Shown here: in pieces, positions 24,637 through 37,145 of the stretch
Layout of the letters: every line of letters starts with the position of its first letter
Numbering within the stretch: position 1 is the first letter of the stretch
Source of the DNA: Macrostomum lignano
Taxonomy: Eukaryota
Direction: 5' to 3'
DNA length: 52,350 nucleotides
NCBI GenBank assembly: GCA_002269645.1
Contig: NIVC01004267.1
Coordinates: 1-52,350, forward strand
Notes under the pieces: generated by a model
Databases searched by the model: none
Told to the model about the DNA's origin: nothing
Seen by the model: the letters and a program-made list of their open reading frames with translations, nothing else
Made by a program: the position numbers and the translations under genes

Positions 24637-27600
24637 TGTGACGATAACCGGCAGACTCGAAATTAACTGACGAAGACAAATACAGCAGCTAGGCAAATTG
24701 TGTAGCGGTAGCACTTGATGATAGTAGCGAATGATGCGGGCGGTGGCCGCAATTTTTATTTATTGTAACCGTATGAGTAGATAGTTTGGGCGATCGTTAT
24801 TATCAATTCCGTCTGGGTAGTTTATAGAGATGGGCCAGAGTATTTGCTAAATCCGTAAGGAATGCACTGGGCGGCTACGCAACAATAAGATGGATGATTG
24901 ATGATAGAGCGAGTCGATGAGCCTGAGGCAATGTCGACGATGTGATGGCAGTGATCGTGTGATTGCGGTACTCGTAGCAAGAACCCTTTATAGACGGTAG
25001 TGGTGGCGTGGTCGAGATAATTGACGGTGGCGGTGGCGTGACTGAGACTTGGCAGAGGCGTGGTTTAGAACTGTGGCGGAGCGAGGCGGAGAGAGAAGAC
25101 GGGTAAACAAGCAAACAAGGGTCGAGCGCCCCAGCCAGACAGGACTGATAAAGAGAGGGCTAGCTGGGGGTAGGTGCGCGAGGAGAGTGTTGTGGCCGCT
25201 GGCCAAATGAATGAAATCGATTCACTTAAGGCGAAGGAGAGGAGAGGAGAGGTAGCTCTCAGCTATTAGTTAGCTAGCCAATATATATTATCTAACTGAT
25301 ACGAGCTAGATTTACATCGATGCGCGTAAGTTACAAAATAGCATTGAGCATGCACATTCACAACATCATCCCCCCGTGCAAAGAGTGACAGATTACGGGT
25401 GGGATAAGCAGACGCATTAAAGCAAGCAATGTCAATGGAACAGTTTTCGGTGCATGAGCAGTCAGTTTGTCAAGTCAGTCAATCGTGAGTCACAACGTTG
25501 CCGAATCATTGAGGCGGTGCACGAAGTCTCTCAGAGCGGCGCAGCGGTGGCGTTGGCGGTGACGCCTCTGGTTGCCCGCCGCCCGGCTGTTGCAGAGCCT
25601 CTGTGTCGTCGGCCCCGTCACCCCAGCCGTGGTGGTCATCAAGGATGCAGCGGCTGATGTGCCAGCGGCTGCCATAGGTCAGGGTGATCATTGTGTTGCC
25701 CTCGTGACTGACGACTGTCTGTGGCTCGAAGACGCCGTTGCTGAGCTTTCCGCGCCTCGGCCGGCGGACGCGGACACGGCTCCCGACAGTCAGCGCTGCG
25801 TCCTTCAGCGGCTGGTTCCGCTTACGCATCCCGCGGCGGCTCTTGGCCCGCTGCTGTCGCTCCATGACGCTGCGCCGCAGCTCCTGGTCCGTCGTTGACT
25901 CGGTGCTTGCTGGTTGAAGACGATCGAGAGGCAGGCGGAGCTTCCGTCCCAGCATCAGTTCAGCCGGCGACTTCTTGGTCAGCGCGTGCTCAGATGATCG
26001 ATACGCGAGCAGCAGCCCCTGAACCGCCTGCTTCACTGGCACACCGTCGGCGAGTAGTGCGCTAGTGATGAAGCCGTTGAACCTCTCGACTCCGCCATTC
26101 TGCTGTGGACAGTAGAACGGAGTGCGACGGTGCTTGATGCCGAGCGAGCTGAAGAAGTCCGTGAACTCGGTTGACACAAACTGAGGTCCGTTGTCCGTGG
26201 TAATTTCGTCTGGAAGCCCCCAGCGGACAAACAGGCTGCGAAGGGCTTCGATACACGCAGCGGAAGTCACGGATGAAGATGCGATGATCTCAGGCCACTT
26301 GGAGTAGAGATCGTGGACGACGATGAAAAATCGATGGGCACATTGGCTTCCGGCAGCTCTCCAACGATATCGACTTGCAGCTGTCGCCATGGACCCGCTG
26401 GTAGCTCCGTCGTTGACCATGGGACCTTGATCGGCTTGAACGCTTTCTCGGACAGGACGCAGGCACTGCAGTTCCGCACGAAGGCCTCCACGTCGGTGTC
26501 GATGCGCGGCCACCAGACCGTATCGCGGCACCGCGCCTTGACCTTGGCGACGCCGAGATGTCCTTGATGCGCCTCTGCCAGCACAAGGTCGCGGAGGTCA
26601 GTCGGGATGAGGGCTCAGCTGCCTCTCACCAGGCAGCAACCATCATTCCACAGGTAGAGCTCGTGTTGCACCTGGTGGAAGCCCTTCAGGTCGGCTGGAA
26701 CCTCGGCTGGCCATCCGTTGATGAGGAACCCGATGACTCGCTGCAGTTGGTTGTCGCTCTTGGTTGCATCGGCCAGTTGAGTGACTGAGATCGGCTCGGC
26801 GCTTCTGGCCAGCACAAGGTTGATGTCGGACTCGCTCTGGTGCTGCTCATTGGACTCGTTGGCTGTGCTCTTGCCGTCGTAGCCGTAGCGAGACAGAAAG
26901 TCGGGCAGGACGTTGAGCTTGCCGGGGACGTACTCGATGTCGAAGTCGTAGACGAAGAGTCGCTCGCACCAGCGCTGAAGTCGAAGAGGTCGTTGGCCGA
27001 CTCCTCGAGGTGATAGCAGGGTCGTCAGCGCTTGATGGTCGGTTAGAAGCTTGAACTTGCGACCGTACAGCAGCAGGTGCCAAAGCTCGCAGCTCCAGAC
27101 GCAGGCCAAGGCCGCCTTCTCTGACGCAGAGTAGTCGGACAGGGCTCGCGAGGCGAAGGCGACTGGCCACAGCTGTCCGTGCTCGTCGAATTGGCTCAGG
27201 GTCGCGCCCAGGGCGACGTCACTGCTGTCGCAGGAGACGACGGTTTCGTGATCTTGGTCGAAGAACTTCAGGCACGGTGCTGATGAGATGAACCGCTTCA
27301 CCTCGCTGAAGGCTGCCTCGCATTTCGCGTCCCAGTTCCATGGCGCGTCCTTGCGCAGGAGAGCTGTCGGCTCGGCGACGTGAGACAGGTTCTTGATGTA
27401 GAACTAGAAGAACTTTGCAAAGCCGAGGAATGAAGCCAACTCTGCCGTATTTGTGGGTGCCTTGAGTTTCGACACGGACTCGGTGTGCGACTGGAGAGGT
27501 TGAATTCCCGCTGCGCTGACGCGGTGTCCGACGAACTCGATCTCCGACGCCTTGAAGGTGCACTTCTTGAGGTTGACGGTTACTCGATGCTGCAGCAGCT

Positions 27601-30046
27601 TGTCCAGTACCTGAAGTACGCAATTTTCGTGCTCGGCCTCCGTAGCGGCGTGAACGGCGATGTCGTCTTGATAGTGAACGACGCCTCTGATGCCTTGGAG
27701 GATCTTGCCGACGACCTTCTGGAAGGCCGCCGGAGCCGAGCTGATGCCGAACGGCATCCGTCTGAATCGGTAGAGGCCGGATTCGGTGTGGAAGCAGGTC
27801 AGATTCTTGGTGTCATCATGCAGAGGCAGCTGTAGATACGACTGTTTGAGGTCGATCCTTGAGAATAACACCGAATTGTTGAATTCGGTCACCAGGTCAG
27901 CGAAGGTAGGCAGTGACATCGAGTCCGGGATGATCGCCTTGTTGACGCTTCGCAGATCAACGCAAAGGCGCAGCTTCCCATCGGCCTTGCGGTCACAGAT
28001 GAAGTTGGACTGCCAGTCGGGGATATCGCCGTCGACTCGCTCGATGATGCCTTCTTCCTTCCAGCGTTGAATCTCGCTGTCGCACTTCTGGCGCAGCGCT
28101 AGAGGCAGTCGGCGCAGACGCTAAGCTACGGGAGGCACAGTTGGGTCAACTCCGGGACGGTGGCAGAACCCTTTGATCTCACCGAGTCCGGTGCCTAAGG
28201 CGTGGTAATTAGCTGGGATCCATTCGGGCATCGACGTAGTCGGAGGCTCCTCGGACTCGACCGTAGCAATCTGATGTCCGGAAGGCCCGAGAACTCTGCA
28301 GTTCAGCTTGTCCATCAGGTCGATTCCCATCAGGTCATCGCTGTCCATGACGACGGGGAAGCTGAACGATGGGAGCTGGACGCAGTCGAACTCGACCGTG
28401 GCGTCGATCTCGCCGGCGACGCTGATGCTGGAGCCGTTGTACGACACGAGCTGTCTCCCAGACGGTCGCAGGGGGACCTTGGGGCCGAAAATCTTCCGGC
28501 AGGTCTGCATGTTGATGATGGAGACCTTGGCAGCTGTGTCCACTAACAGCGGAGTGCTGAACCCGTTGATCCTGACGCTGGCTCTCTTGTACTCGCCCTT
28601 CTTGTCCGTGCTGACGGCGAAGATGCTTTGCTGAGCGAAGCTGTCGAAGTCGACGCATTGAACCTTCTTCTGAGCCGAGTGCGGTGCCGTGGTGCTGCTC
28701 TTGCACACGCTGGCGAAATGGTTGAGCTTTCCGCACTTCTTACACGCTTTGCCACGGGCAGAGCAGCGCGGGTCGCTGCCTATGCGATAGCCCGGCGTAC
28801 CGCAGTGCGAGCAGCAGGGCTCTTGCAGTGGTCGCGCTGCCTGGCCTCTGGTGCCGATCGGAGCTCTCTTGGCGTTGATCTTCCTGACGCTGTCGTCAGC
28901 TGCATTCTTGCCGGTCAAGGACTTCTCACTCTGGACAGCTTTTTCCACTTGGGCGGCAATCTGGATTGCTCCGTCCAGGGTGAGCTCTTGGTCTAGCAGG
29001 AGGCGTTCGCGCACCTTTGCTGATGAAGTGCCGAAGATCAGCTGGTCCAAGATGAGGTCGTCGTGAAGGCTCTGGAACTCGCTGTCTCTGGCGGCATAGC
29101 GCAAGTTTGCCACGAATGCGTGCACGCCTTCGCCGCCCCGCTGGACGCACTTCCGGAAGTCATGGCGCTTGGCATACACGCTGACGGTGGGCTGAAAGTG
29201 CTCATTGAGCAGTTTGCATGCCGCTTCGAGTGTCGCTGGAGCTTCATCTGGAGACTTGATGAGAGTCCGGTAGACTCGCACTCCTTCCCGCCGGAGGCAG
29301 TGCGATCTTCATGGCTTCTTGCAAGCCGTCGACTCCTGACGCTAGCAGGTAGGTGTCGAACTCAGCGGCCCAAGTTTCCCATGAAACCACAGGTGTTCCT
29401 GGGTTGTCGAGAAATGGAGGCGGTTCTCTGAGGTTTAGTCGTTGCGCTGGCGCTGTGGCGTTGTCAGAGCTGCTTATTTCTAACTTTGCTGTGTTGAGTT
29501 TGCAGAATTGCAAGGCGATAGCGAGAGTTGGCTTGTGGGCCTTGGCTGCCGTGAGTTGAGTTGAATTTTGCGCGGGGTGGTTTTTCGCTAAGTCCCTGCT
29601 TGCGATGCCAATGTTGTGGCCGCTGGCCAAATGAATGAAATCAATTTCACTTAAGGCGAAGGAGAGGAGAGGAGAGGTAGCTCTCAGCTAATAGTGAGCT
29701 AGCCAATATATATTATCTAACTGATACAAGCTAGATGTACATCGATGCGCGTACGTTACATAATAGCATTGAGCATGCACATTCACAACAGAGAGCTTAA
29801 TTTCAGGCTAGCATAATTTATGCGCGGCTTTTCTATTGGCCGGCGAGAAAAACCAACTTGAAAACAGAAATTATCGATCGCATTATACATAGGCTTTACA
29901 AACGCACACAATGTTGTTTAAAATTCTTTGGGCATTACTTTAAGCAGACGTTAGAGTACGAGACCATTGAATTAACAATATTATAGATTGGCACTGCTTT
30001 CGCTAAAACGGCCCTTGTCGGGGCTACCTCAACTGACAACGTCACA
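24637..30046. mobile_element. Solo LTR (about 800 bp) split by the nested Gypsy: 24637-25187 plus 29796-30046
   Basis: Ends TGTGACG...CGTCACA (inverted), flanked by a 4-bp direct repeat ATAA (24633-24636 and 30047-30050); AATAAA on the minus strand near 24760. Confidence 0.75.
25188..29790 (-). mobile_element. Full-length but disrupted Ty3/Gypsy LTR retrotransposon (Mag/K02A2.6-like), gag-PR-RT-RH-IN
   Basis: LTRs at 25188-25365 and 29612-29790 (TGTTGTG..CACAACA; 7 substitutions and 1 indel). GAGAG TSD, PBS-like TGGCATCGCAAGCAGGGAC, PPT GGGGGGATGA. CCHC knuckle CKKCGKLNHFASVC, protease VDTAA, RT YQDD, RNase H CDSSDVALGA, integrase AHQGH..C..C, TDNGPQF and NGGVERFN. TAG stops at 28121 and 27404, plus frameshifts. 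Confidence 0.97.
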
Positions 30047-31439
30047 ATAACGACCTTGATTTCTTTTCTATTTCGTATTTTCTATACTTATAATTCGAAT
30101 AATTTTCCGAAATTCAGAAAGCCGACATGTCATGTCATGCAGTACAAGGTGAGGAAATAGATTCTGAATTAGAGTGTAGTTTCTAGCAATAGGGATGCGT
30201 TCGAGTAGCTTAAAATGGCTTAACATAGGGCCTATAACTTTGTGGCAGTCGCGGGTTGCCACTGTTGAAAACAATAAATTTTTGCATGCAATTTCCAACC
30301 TTTCCACCATATGGCCCTTTACGTCAACTCTCCCCGCTGTTGGCCCATTTTTAGATCCCCGCATTGGCGCTTATTTTTCTCTTTTCTGGCCCTTTTGTGC
30401 CCGGTTTGTTATTATTTTTGCATTGCGTATCCGGTGTTTTTGGTGTGGCCCATCCCCTGAATATTTTTGCCCACTTGCTTGCCCATCGCCTGCCCCATTG
30501 CAAGAACATGATTTTCGCCGTTTAAATATTTCTCATTTTCTCGATCCCACTCTGAACCCGCCTTGGAACATCCGGAATACCCCCCCTGAATTTGGCATAA
30601 CTAGTTTTACTTGAACTCTTATCGTCTGCTTTTTGAGCATTTTTGTTAACTTTTAGCCCCTCTCCTCACCCCCCCCCGAATCCATCTAGGTAACCGGACT
30701 CAAACTGTGCTTGTTTCAATTAGCCAACTTACATTAATAAATTTATCCAACATTTAAGCACATTAACTTTTCTTTGACCAATAAAGCCCATAGTATTCTT
30801 TAATTTCTTTGCCTTTCTAGTTCTTTAAGTTTACTCAAGTCTTTTACTAAGTTCTTTGCCCGCGAGGCGTAAAACAACCCGAATTCTCAACTCTAAGCCA
30901 GCTCTGGGAAATAAACGTTCCATAATATGTAAATTACGATGGTGGTAGCTCACTACGCTACTCATAATAAGCTTTAATAACCTAAATCGACGTATATTAA
31001 AACTCGGTGTCTGAGCTGAGGACCCAATATGAACGACCGTGCCTGTCAACGACATCTCGACTTCGACTTCAACTACCCTCCCCCGGAATTGAGGACCCCG
31101 GCAGACGGAGTAACCAGAAGAAATTTGCCGAGTTTCGACTGCGCGATTTTCTGGCAATTAATTCGAGAGCGAACTGATAAACTCAGGCGGCAATTCAATT
31201 TGCCCAACCACCGACTACAAAATATTTCTCCACCCCCACCCCACTTAAAATGAATTAATAATTTTAAGCGCTATTTTAATGTACTCAGTAAAACAAAATA
31301 AATTACAAGATTTTATTTAAGAAATCGATAAGTGTCGTCAGCACGACCAATCGGCTCGAATATTGGTTCGTTATTCGGCTCGAATAACGAACGCAGGGGC
31401 TTTCGGTCCGTAATTAGAATGAACTTGCGGTTGTTATGG

Positions 31440-33513
31440 TACTAATAGAAATTCTTCAGGCTCCCAGGGACTCCTTCTGGATTTGTGGGTAGCGTCGCTG
31501 AGCGTCCGTCAGGGAATTCGAAGCGTTGGCGATCGGCTTCAGCTCGCTCCCATTTGGGTAGCGGTGAAGCAGCACTGCGCCGATCTCAACATTTGATGCA
31601 TCACAGGAGAGCCCGAGGGGAAGACTGGCATCGTAGTGAACCATTCACGTTCTCCGATAAGAGTTCTTTCTTGGTCCTATCGAAACCTCTGTTCCAGCCA
31701 GTGTCCTTCCTCGCTAGGCGGTACAGCGGCTCCGCAATAGTCGACATGCTTGTAGTAACAATCTCAGTAGGAACTTCGAGTAGAGCTGCACCGAGCCTAG
31801 GAATGATCGGAGGCTGGACACATTCTCTCTTTGGCGTGGGCATCTCCCGGACAACGTCAACCTTGGAGGAGCCTTGGCAATGCCATCCTTCGACAGAATG
31901 TATAGCCGAGGTACTCAACACAGGGCAGCGCTATCTCGCACTTGTTTTTTTCGATAACGGGGTCCATTGTCGCTGACCCGTTGAAAAAGTCGACGAAGGT
32001 TTGCAATGTGCCAAAAGTCGATGAAGGTTTGTTAGTCGTCCAGGAAGAAGGCGACTCCCGGAAAGTCACCAGCCATCATTTCAATGATCGACTGGAACTC
32101 ACCTACTGCAGACTTCCGTGCCGAAGGCAAGTTTTTTTAAGTAGCACAACGCGATGAGTGCTCAGGGCCAGTTGCCTTTGACTGACGGACTCAAGCTTGA
32201 CCTGGTTGTAGGTATCTGCCAGGTCGATTTTCGAGAAGCAGTGACTGCCGCCCTGCTTCTTTAGAAGTTTCTCTGGTAGTGGCAGTGGATGACGATTATC
32301 GTCCACGCTGCGAGTTGACTTGACCGGCTGGCCGAAACTCGCGGCGCCCATCAGTTGACCGACCGAGATCCACAACTGCTTTGTTGCAGTCTGACCCAAC
32401 AGGTTTAGGCCAGGCACCTGGATGCCGTGCTGAGCAGACGACCCAGAAGAGTTTTTTCGCCGACGAAGGTTACTAGGACCGGCATGTCATGTTGGCTGGT
32501 GGACTCTTAGCGCCACTTGGTTTATTCTTTCAGCGTAGACTAACTAGCTTCCTCCAGAAAACCTTTGTGATGAAGTTGCCGTTCGTCGCAGTGTCGATTT
32601 CTACGACGTGATCTTCATTTTGGATGCGAATCAGCAATTCAATTTTCGGCATCTCGGGGTCGGTGCCTGAGACTGCATTTACGACGACGTGATTGCAGAT
32701 GTGCATCACTGGCTTCTTAGTAGTGGCCTGGGCTGGCGCGAGCTCTTTGGTCTTAGAGCGGCACACCGCTTCCAGGTGTCCCTCCTTCTGGCAGTGACGC
32801 CATGTAGAGTTTTTGAAACGGCACTCGTTGTCTCGATGGCTTGTCGAGCCGCAACGGTAGCAACGGTCTCTTTGAATTTGGCGATGCAGACGCCGGCTTT
32901 ACGGGTGTAGCATCGGGTTTCTGGCCTCCTGCCTGACCTTGCTAACCGGGCAAGGCTTGTTCCCGTGGCCAGTTTCCTTGGCAACACGAGCAGGCCGGAT
33001 AATTATATCATTATAAATATTATATCATTATTATTAGCGTACAAGTCGGTGTCACCTGCAGAAGGAATCAAGTCTCTGTACTGAGTGATTTCGGAGCCAT
33101 TCAAAGTTAAAGTTTCCGCTGGTTCTAGTGTATTTAGATGGGAAAAGTCCGAGAAATTTAACTTGAATCTGCCCAGCTGTGTCAGCACACTCAGATATGA
33201 GATTATTTAAATTATTAGAACGTGCCAGTGTTGTGACATAGCCTCATCTAGAATGTCGCAGGCTCCCTTCAGCGGGCGAGCCTGGGATCGCTTCAGTCCG
33301 CTGGCCGGACTGACTTCAATAACTACTAAGCGTGTGAGATCGCGTCAAGACACTGAGCCGGTCCGTCCCTAGATCCCACACCTCGTACATCCCCGAAGAC
33401 AGTATTCCCACGCAAATAAAGCGGGTGAAACTCACTGTTTTGTTTCTGCAAGGAGCCAGTAGCTGCGAATCACTGTGAGAGTGAGGCAGAGCGGCCGAGA
33501 GGTGTCTAATACA
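31440..33513 (-). mobile_element. Truncated, decayed second Ty3/Gypsy element with its 5' LTR at 33229-33513
   Basis: TGT..ACA LTR followed on the minus strand by PBS-like TGGCACG. Fragments of zinc knuckle (HCQKEGHLEAVC), protease (IDTAT), RT (FSKIDLADTYNQV; VEYLGY) and RNase H (LSCDASNVEIGAVLLH..PIANAS..QIQKE). No integrase or 3' LTR seen. Confidence 0.85.
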
Positions 33514-33878
33514 AATGCGTTGCTCGTTTTAAAATAGATTGAGTCTAGAATAGATACTAGCTGGTTAGAAGATCGCAAGCCTAGAGAAGTTCAAGCAAAT
33601 GCTGTGAAGACCTGCAATTCCTGGAGACCCTGCAGCACCCTGGAGTACAGCGCGAAAATTTCCAGCACCGATTGGCCCTCAAAAAGCTCGATTGGTCCGT
33701 TTATCGACAGCGCAATTTATTTTGCAAGGAAGCGGGCCAAGTCACGTTTAGCCGACACTATGGCTTTTTGAACTTCGTCTCAGATGTTGGCGGAATAATG
33801 GGAATTTATCTGGGCATGTCGCTGTTGACTCTGTATGAACTGCTTGAGCTAGTCTACGATTTGGTGATGTCGCTTTGA
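33514..33878 (+). pseudogene. DEG/ENaC 3' fragment (copy 1)
   Basis: AVKTCNSWRPCSTLEYSAKISSTDWPS, then a deletion/frameshift, then VTFSRHYGFLNFVSDVGGIMGIYLGMSLLTLYELLEL (TM2). Begins right at the LTR boundary; no 5' part found. Confidence 0.9.
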
Positions 33879-34102
33879 GAAGATTCACAACAGTCAGCCG
33901 TTTTCGCCTTGAAACAGTACAAAGACAATGGCGCTTCTGACAGAAACAGGCAGTATGGACACCATGAGGACCTAAGAAGTACCTTGATTATTAAACGTGC
34001 ATGTATAGGAACTTAGCTCTAGATTGTCAAATTAAGACGTTAGTATTTAAAACGTTTATTAGTTCTTGACTTGAAACATAAGATGCATTGTAAACTGCTA
34101 TT

Positions 34103-34494
34103 GGGGCCGTAGCCTAATGCTCTAGCACGGCGCTCTGATGCGCCAGCGGCCCAGGCTCGGTTCCAAGTGCAGTCACATTAAAGTGGGGCTAAATTGAAAT
34201 CTTGAATTGGGTCCAAAGCACAGTGAAGTGTACATGCCCAACGATAAATATACTCAGCAACATTGAAAAGTCGCCACCCTTTGCCCCAGTGAGCCGTGTG
34301 TTTTGACCAGCAATCCATTCAATCTTCGCCTTTCGCTCTTCCCAATCCCTCCTCACCCAGTTGCGTCACTTAAAAGTCAATCTGAGCTAGAATTTACTGT
34401 GTACTCTCAAATGTGGCGACTTCCTAATGTTGTTGAGTACAATTTCGCTTAGAGTGCCGTCAAGGTGCACAGAGCCCCTGACTCTTATAAAAAT
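34103..34494 (+). mobile_element. Diverged tRNA-derived SINE copy interrupted by a MITE
   Basis: Head GGGGCCGTAGCC...GGCTCGGTTCCAAGTGCAGTCACATT and tail CGCTTAGAGTGCCGTCAAGGTGCACA..ATAAAAA match the 42686 copy; the middle is replaced by the MITE. Confidence 0.8.
34253..34437. mobile_element. MITE (Tc1/mariner-like), 185 bp
   Basis: 25-bp imperfect TIRs CTCAGCAACATTGAAAAGTCGCCAC / GTGGCGACTTCCTAATGTTGTTGAG with TA on both sides. Confidence 0.75.
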
Positions 34495-35534
34495 ACATGT
34501 AGAGTAAAATAGGAAAACAATGTATATTCGCTTACATAATCGTTAAAAACCAGCTTTGAAAATGCATACAAGCAGAAAATTAAAAAATTGTAATCTATGG
34601 TTCATTTAGTTCTCAGTTTTATTTTCTGATGACACGCCGAGAAGCATAGTGGATAAATTTAAACATGCCATTCGATATAAATTCAGTGAGAGAAAACTTG
34701 AAGAAATGTTCATTAGCATGGATGACCTGCAGCACCTACAACATCCCCGTCTATAGCATCAGGTCATGATTTCAATGCCGGTTGATACTGGTTCTGTAAT
34801 GAATTCTAGTCCAGAGCCTTTGCCTCTGCCCGTTTGCTGGGTGGGGTGTATTTGTGCTTCGTGGATGTAAGGGGACGGGGTTGGTTTAGCGGGGTCGCTC
34901 TTGCCCGCTGCGTAAGCACTTGACTTGAATTCTTGGGTTGCTTGCTTTCTTTGGCTTGCTTTCCTCGTTTCTTTTACGCTCGTACACACCTTGACTTGAC
35001 ATAATGAAATTCGCTTAAACTATACACGCTTCTCGCCGTCACACATGTGCCTTTGCTTTGTTCCTTTCGGCCCAGTTGGCTAATTGTATTGAATCATATT
35101 CATTCGTGCAATTAAAATTTTACATAAGCACTCCGATAGCGGCTTTTAATTTCTCGGTCATGGCATGAAATTGCAAATGATGAATGCAGAATGGAAGATT
35201 GCCTAAAATACAAAGGACACTAATTGGAACGGTCGACGTGAAAAGTCCCTAACTAAACACTTCCGCAGTTTGTGAATTTCTCACTGCTACGTTTATTCTT
35301 TAACCCATTTAGTATAGAGCATTGCAAACAATAATTTTTCTTGGCTTTGCGGTGTTTATACAAGTGGTGCGCTCTCTGGAGTGGAGCAGCTCTCCGTAAC
35401 TAAGCAAGCCAGCTAAGAGTAGCAAACTCAGCTGCAGTGAACCCACAAACTAAGAATAAGTAACTGGGCTGTGCAGACCAGCGCAGGTTGCAGACAGACA
35501 CGAAATCGTTTCCTGATAACTTTGCTAGGTAACA

Positions 35535-37145
35535 ATGCAGTCACTAAAGTCAGCTTTAGAGAACACTTCGGCGCATGCGCTCCCGAGAACGGTGTCAGCC
35601 AAGCCAATTTACATCCGAATCGTCTGGTTGCTCATCTTTTTCACAATGCTGGCGCTTTTCCTCACAGGATTCAGCGAGTTTGTGGTTAAACTGCAGCATA
35701 ACGAGCCAACCAGCACACAGGAAGTGGGAGTTGAGAGCTTCGTCTTCCCGGACGTGTACATGTGCTTCGAGAGTCCAATCTCTGGAAGCTACTCCGCGAG
35801 GGTCGATGCGGCCACAGCTGATGCAATCAATGCAGGACTGAATGCGACAAGCAGAGCCATACAGGACTACATCGCAATGCTGGGTATAACAGGTGAAGAA
35901 GCTCGGCAAACTGAAGCAGAGTTCAGCTTCATGTATCCACAGTCCCTGCCTTACAGCTTGCTGATTGACGCTCTGGCGCACAGAGCAGAACAGTCGGTTA
36001 TCACCAGCCAAATCACCTACCTCAGCAACTATGGAACGGCTTTGTATCGGGACCTTCGACCTGAAAGCTTCTATCATCCGAAGTGGCTTCGCTGCCTGAA
36101 ATGGGCCCTCAACAGTTCGATGCAAGCAAAAATTTTGCAGGCGGGAAAGACGTCAGGCATAATTGCTCGAATTCTTATCGATCAAAACTTCTCCGATATT
36201 TATAGCGCCTCTAACAGAATTCAACAGAAGGTGTTCGATCAGAGCACCCCGATCCCGACCTCGGACTGGACTCTTGGCGACCCGGTGGGTCCAGACAGGA
36301 GCTCGGGTGTTCGCGTGTTCCTCGCACCTCCGGGTCAGTACCCGTCCGACTTCACGACGTCGTTCTCGCTCAGTCCCGGGAAGCACCACACCGTGGAGAT
36401 CGGCATGACCAAATATCAGTACAAATCTAGCCAGTTCGATTGCTTGGAGAATGAGCCCCCAGTTCAGTTCTTGAACCCTTACGATCGGACTCCCTATGAG
36501 TACAGTTACAGCTACTCGTACTGCTTCTACTACCAGTATCACAAGCAGTGTCAGACTTGCTTGCAACTGTCCGGAGAGATTAGCCCAATGCCGTGGCCAT
36601 TAAGAGGCTACAAATACGTGACCAACCTCACTGGTTTGCCAAACTTTTTCTCAGTATTGGCCATGAATGGTTCGCTTGGAGAATATTGCGATGCTGCGAT
36701 CAACCAGACTCGCGTGAATGCCGTGAAGGCGTGTCAATCAAAACGGCTGTGCAGCGACCAGGACTACAGCGTTCGGATCTCCAGCACTGACTGGCCTTCG
36801 CTCAGCTCGCTCGATCCGTTTATCAGAAGCTTCATCTTCCAGTCTTGGAGCAGGGCCAAAGCCCAGAATCTCAGTGTGCCGGCGCTGGACTTTCTGCTTA
36901 GCGGCAGCGCCGACAGGGTCGTCAGTTACTCGAACAGAAACTTGCTTAAAGTGCACTTTCTACCGAGTAAAGTTCAGTGCGACAAGATCACCTTCTCGAG
37001 GGATTACGGAGCATCGAGTTTCATCTCTGATGTTGGTGGCATCATGGGAATTTACCTGGGAATGTCCTTGTTGACGCTGTGTGAAGTTCTCGAACTGATC
37101 TACGATATATCAGTAAATTATCTGCTGAAAAGAAGAGGTGAATAG
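35535..37145 (+). CDS. DEG/ENaC (amiloride-sensitive Na+ channel family) subunit, intronless, 536 aa (copy 2, intact)
   Basis: Pre-TM1 AHALPR, TM1 (IVWLLIFFTMLALFL), FPDVYMC, SGVRVFL, ISSTDWPS and TM2 FISDVGGIMGIYLGMSLLTLCEVLE are family signatures; AATAAA at about 37286. Confidence 0.93.
   Translation: MQSLKSALENTSAHALPRTVSAKPIYIRIVWLLIFFTMLALFLTGFSEFVVKLQHNEPTSTQEVGVESFVFPDVYMCFESPISGSYSARVDAATADAINAGLNATSRAIQDYIAMLGITGEEARQTEAEFSFMYPQSLPYSLLIDALAHRAEQSVITSQITYLSNYGTALYRDLRPESFYHPKWLRCLKWALNSSMQAKILQAGKTSGIIARILIDQNFSDIYSASNRIQQKVFDQSTPIPTSDWTLGDPVGPDRSSGVRVFLAPPGQYPSDFTTSFSLSPGKHHTVEIGMTKYQYKSSQFDCLENEPPVQFLNPYDRTPYEYSYSYSYCFYYQYHKQCQTCLQLSGEISPMPWPLRGYKYVTNLTGLPNFFSVLAMNGSLGEYCDAAINQTRVNAVKACQSKRLCSDQDYSVRISSTDWPSLSSLDPFIRSFIFQSWSRAKAQNLSVPALDFLLSGSADRVVSYSNRNLLKVHFLPSKVQCDKITFSRDYGASSFISDVGGIMGIYLGMSLLTLCEVLELIYDISVNYLLKRRGE

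Noticed and set aside
27644-27680. YQDD instead of YLDD/YMDD in the RT
   Set aside because: Within the normal YxDD variation of Gypsy RTs.
31029-31253. 74-aa ORF with normal composition
   Set aside because: No recognisable motif or splice context; probably a TE fragment.
33410-33420. AATAAA on the + strand suggesting the LTR is + oriented
   Set aside because: The PBS-like TGG and gag-pol fragments place it as the 5' LTR of the minus-strand element; no TSD supports a solo LTR.
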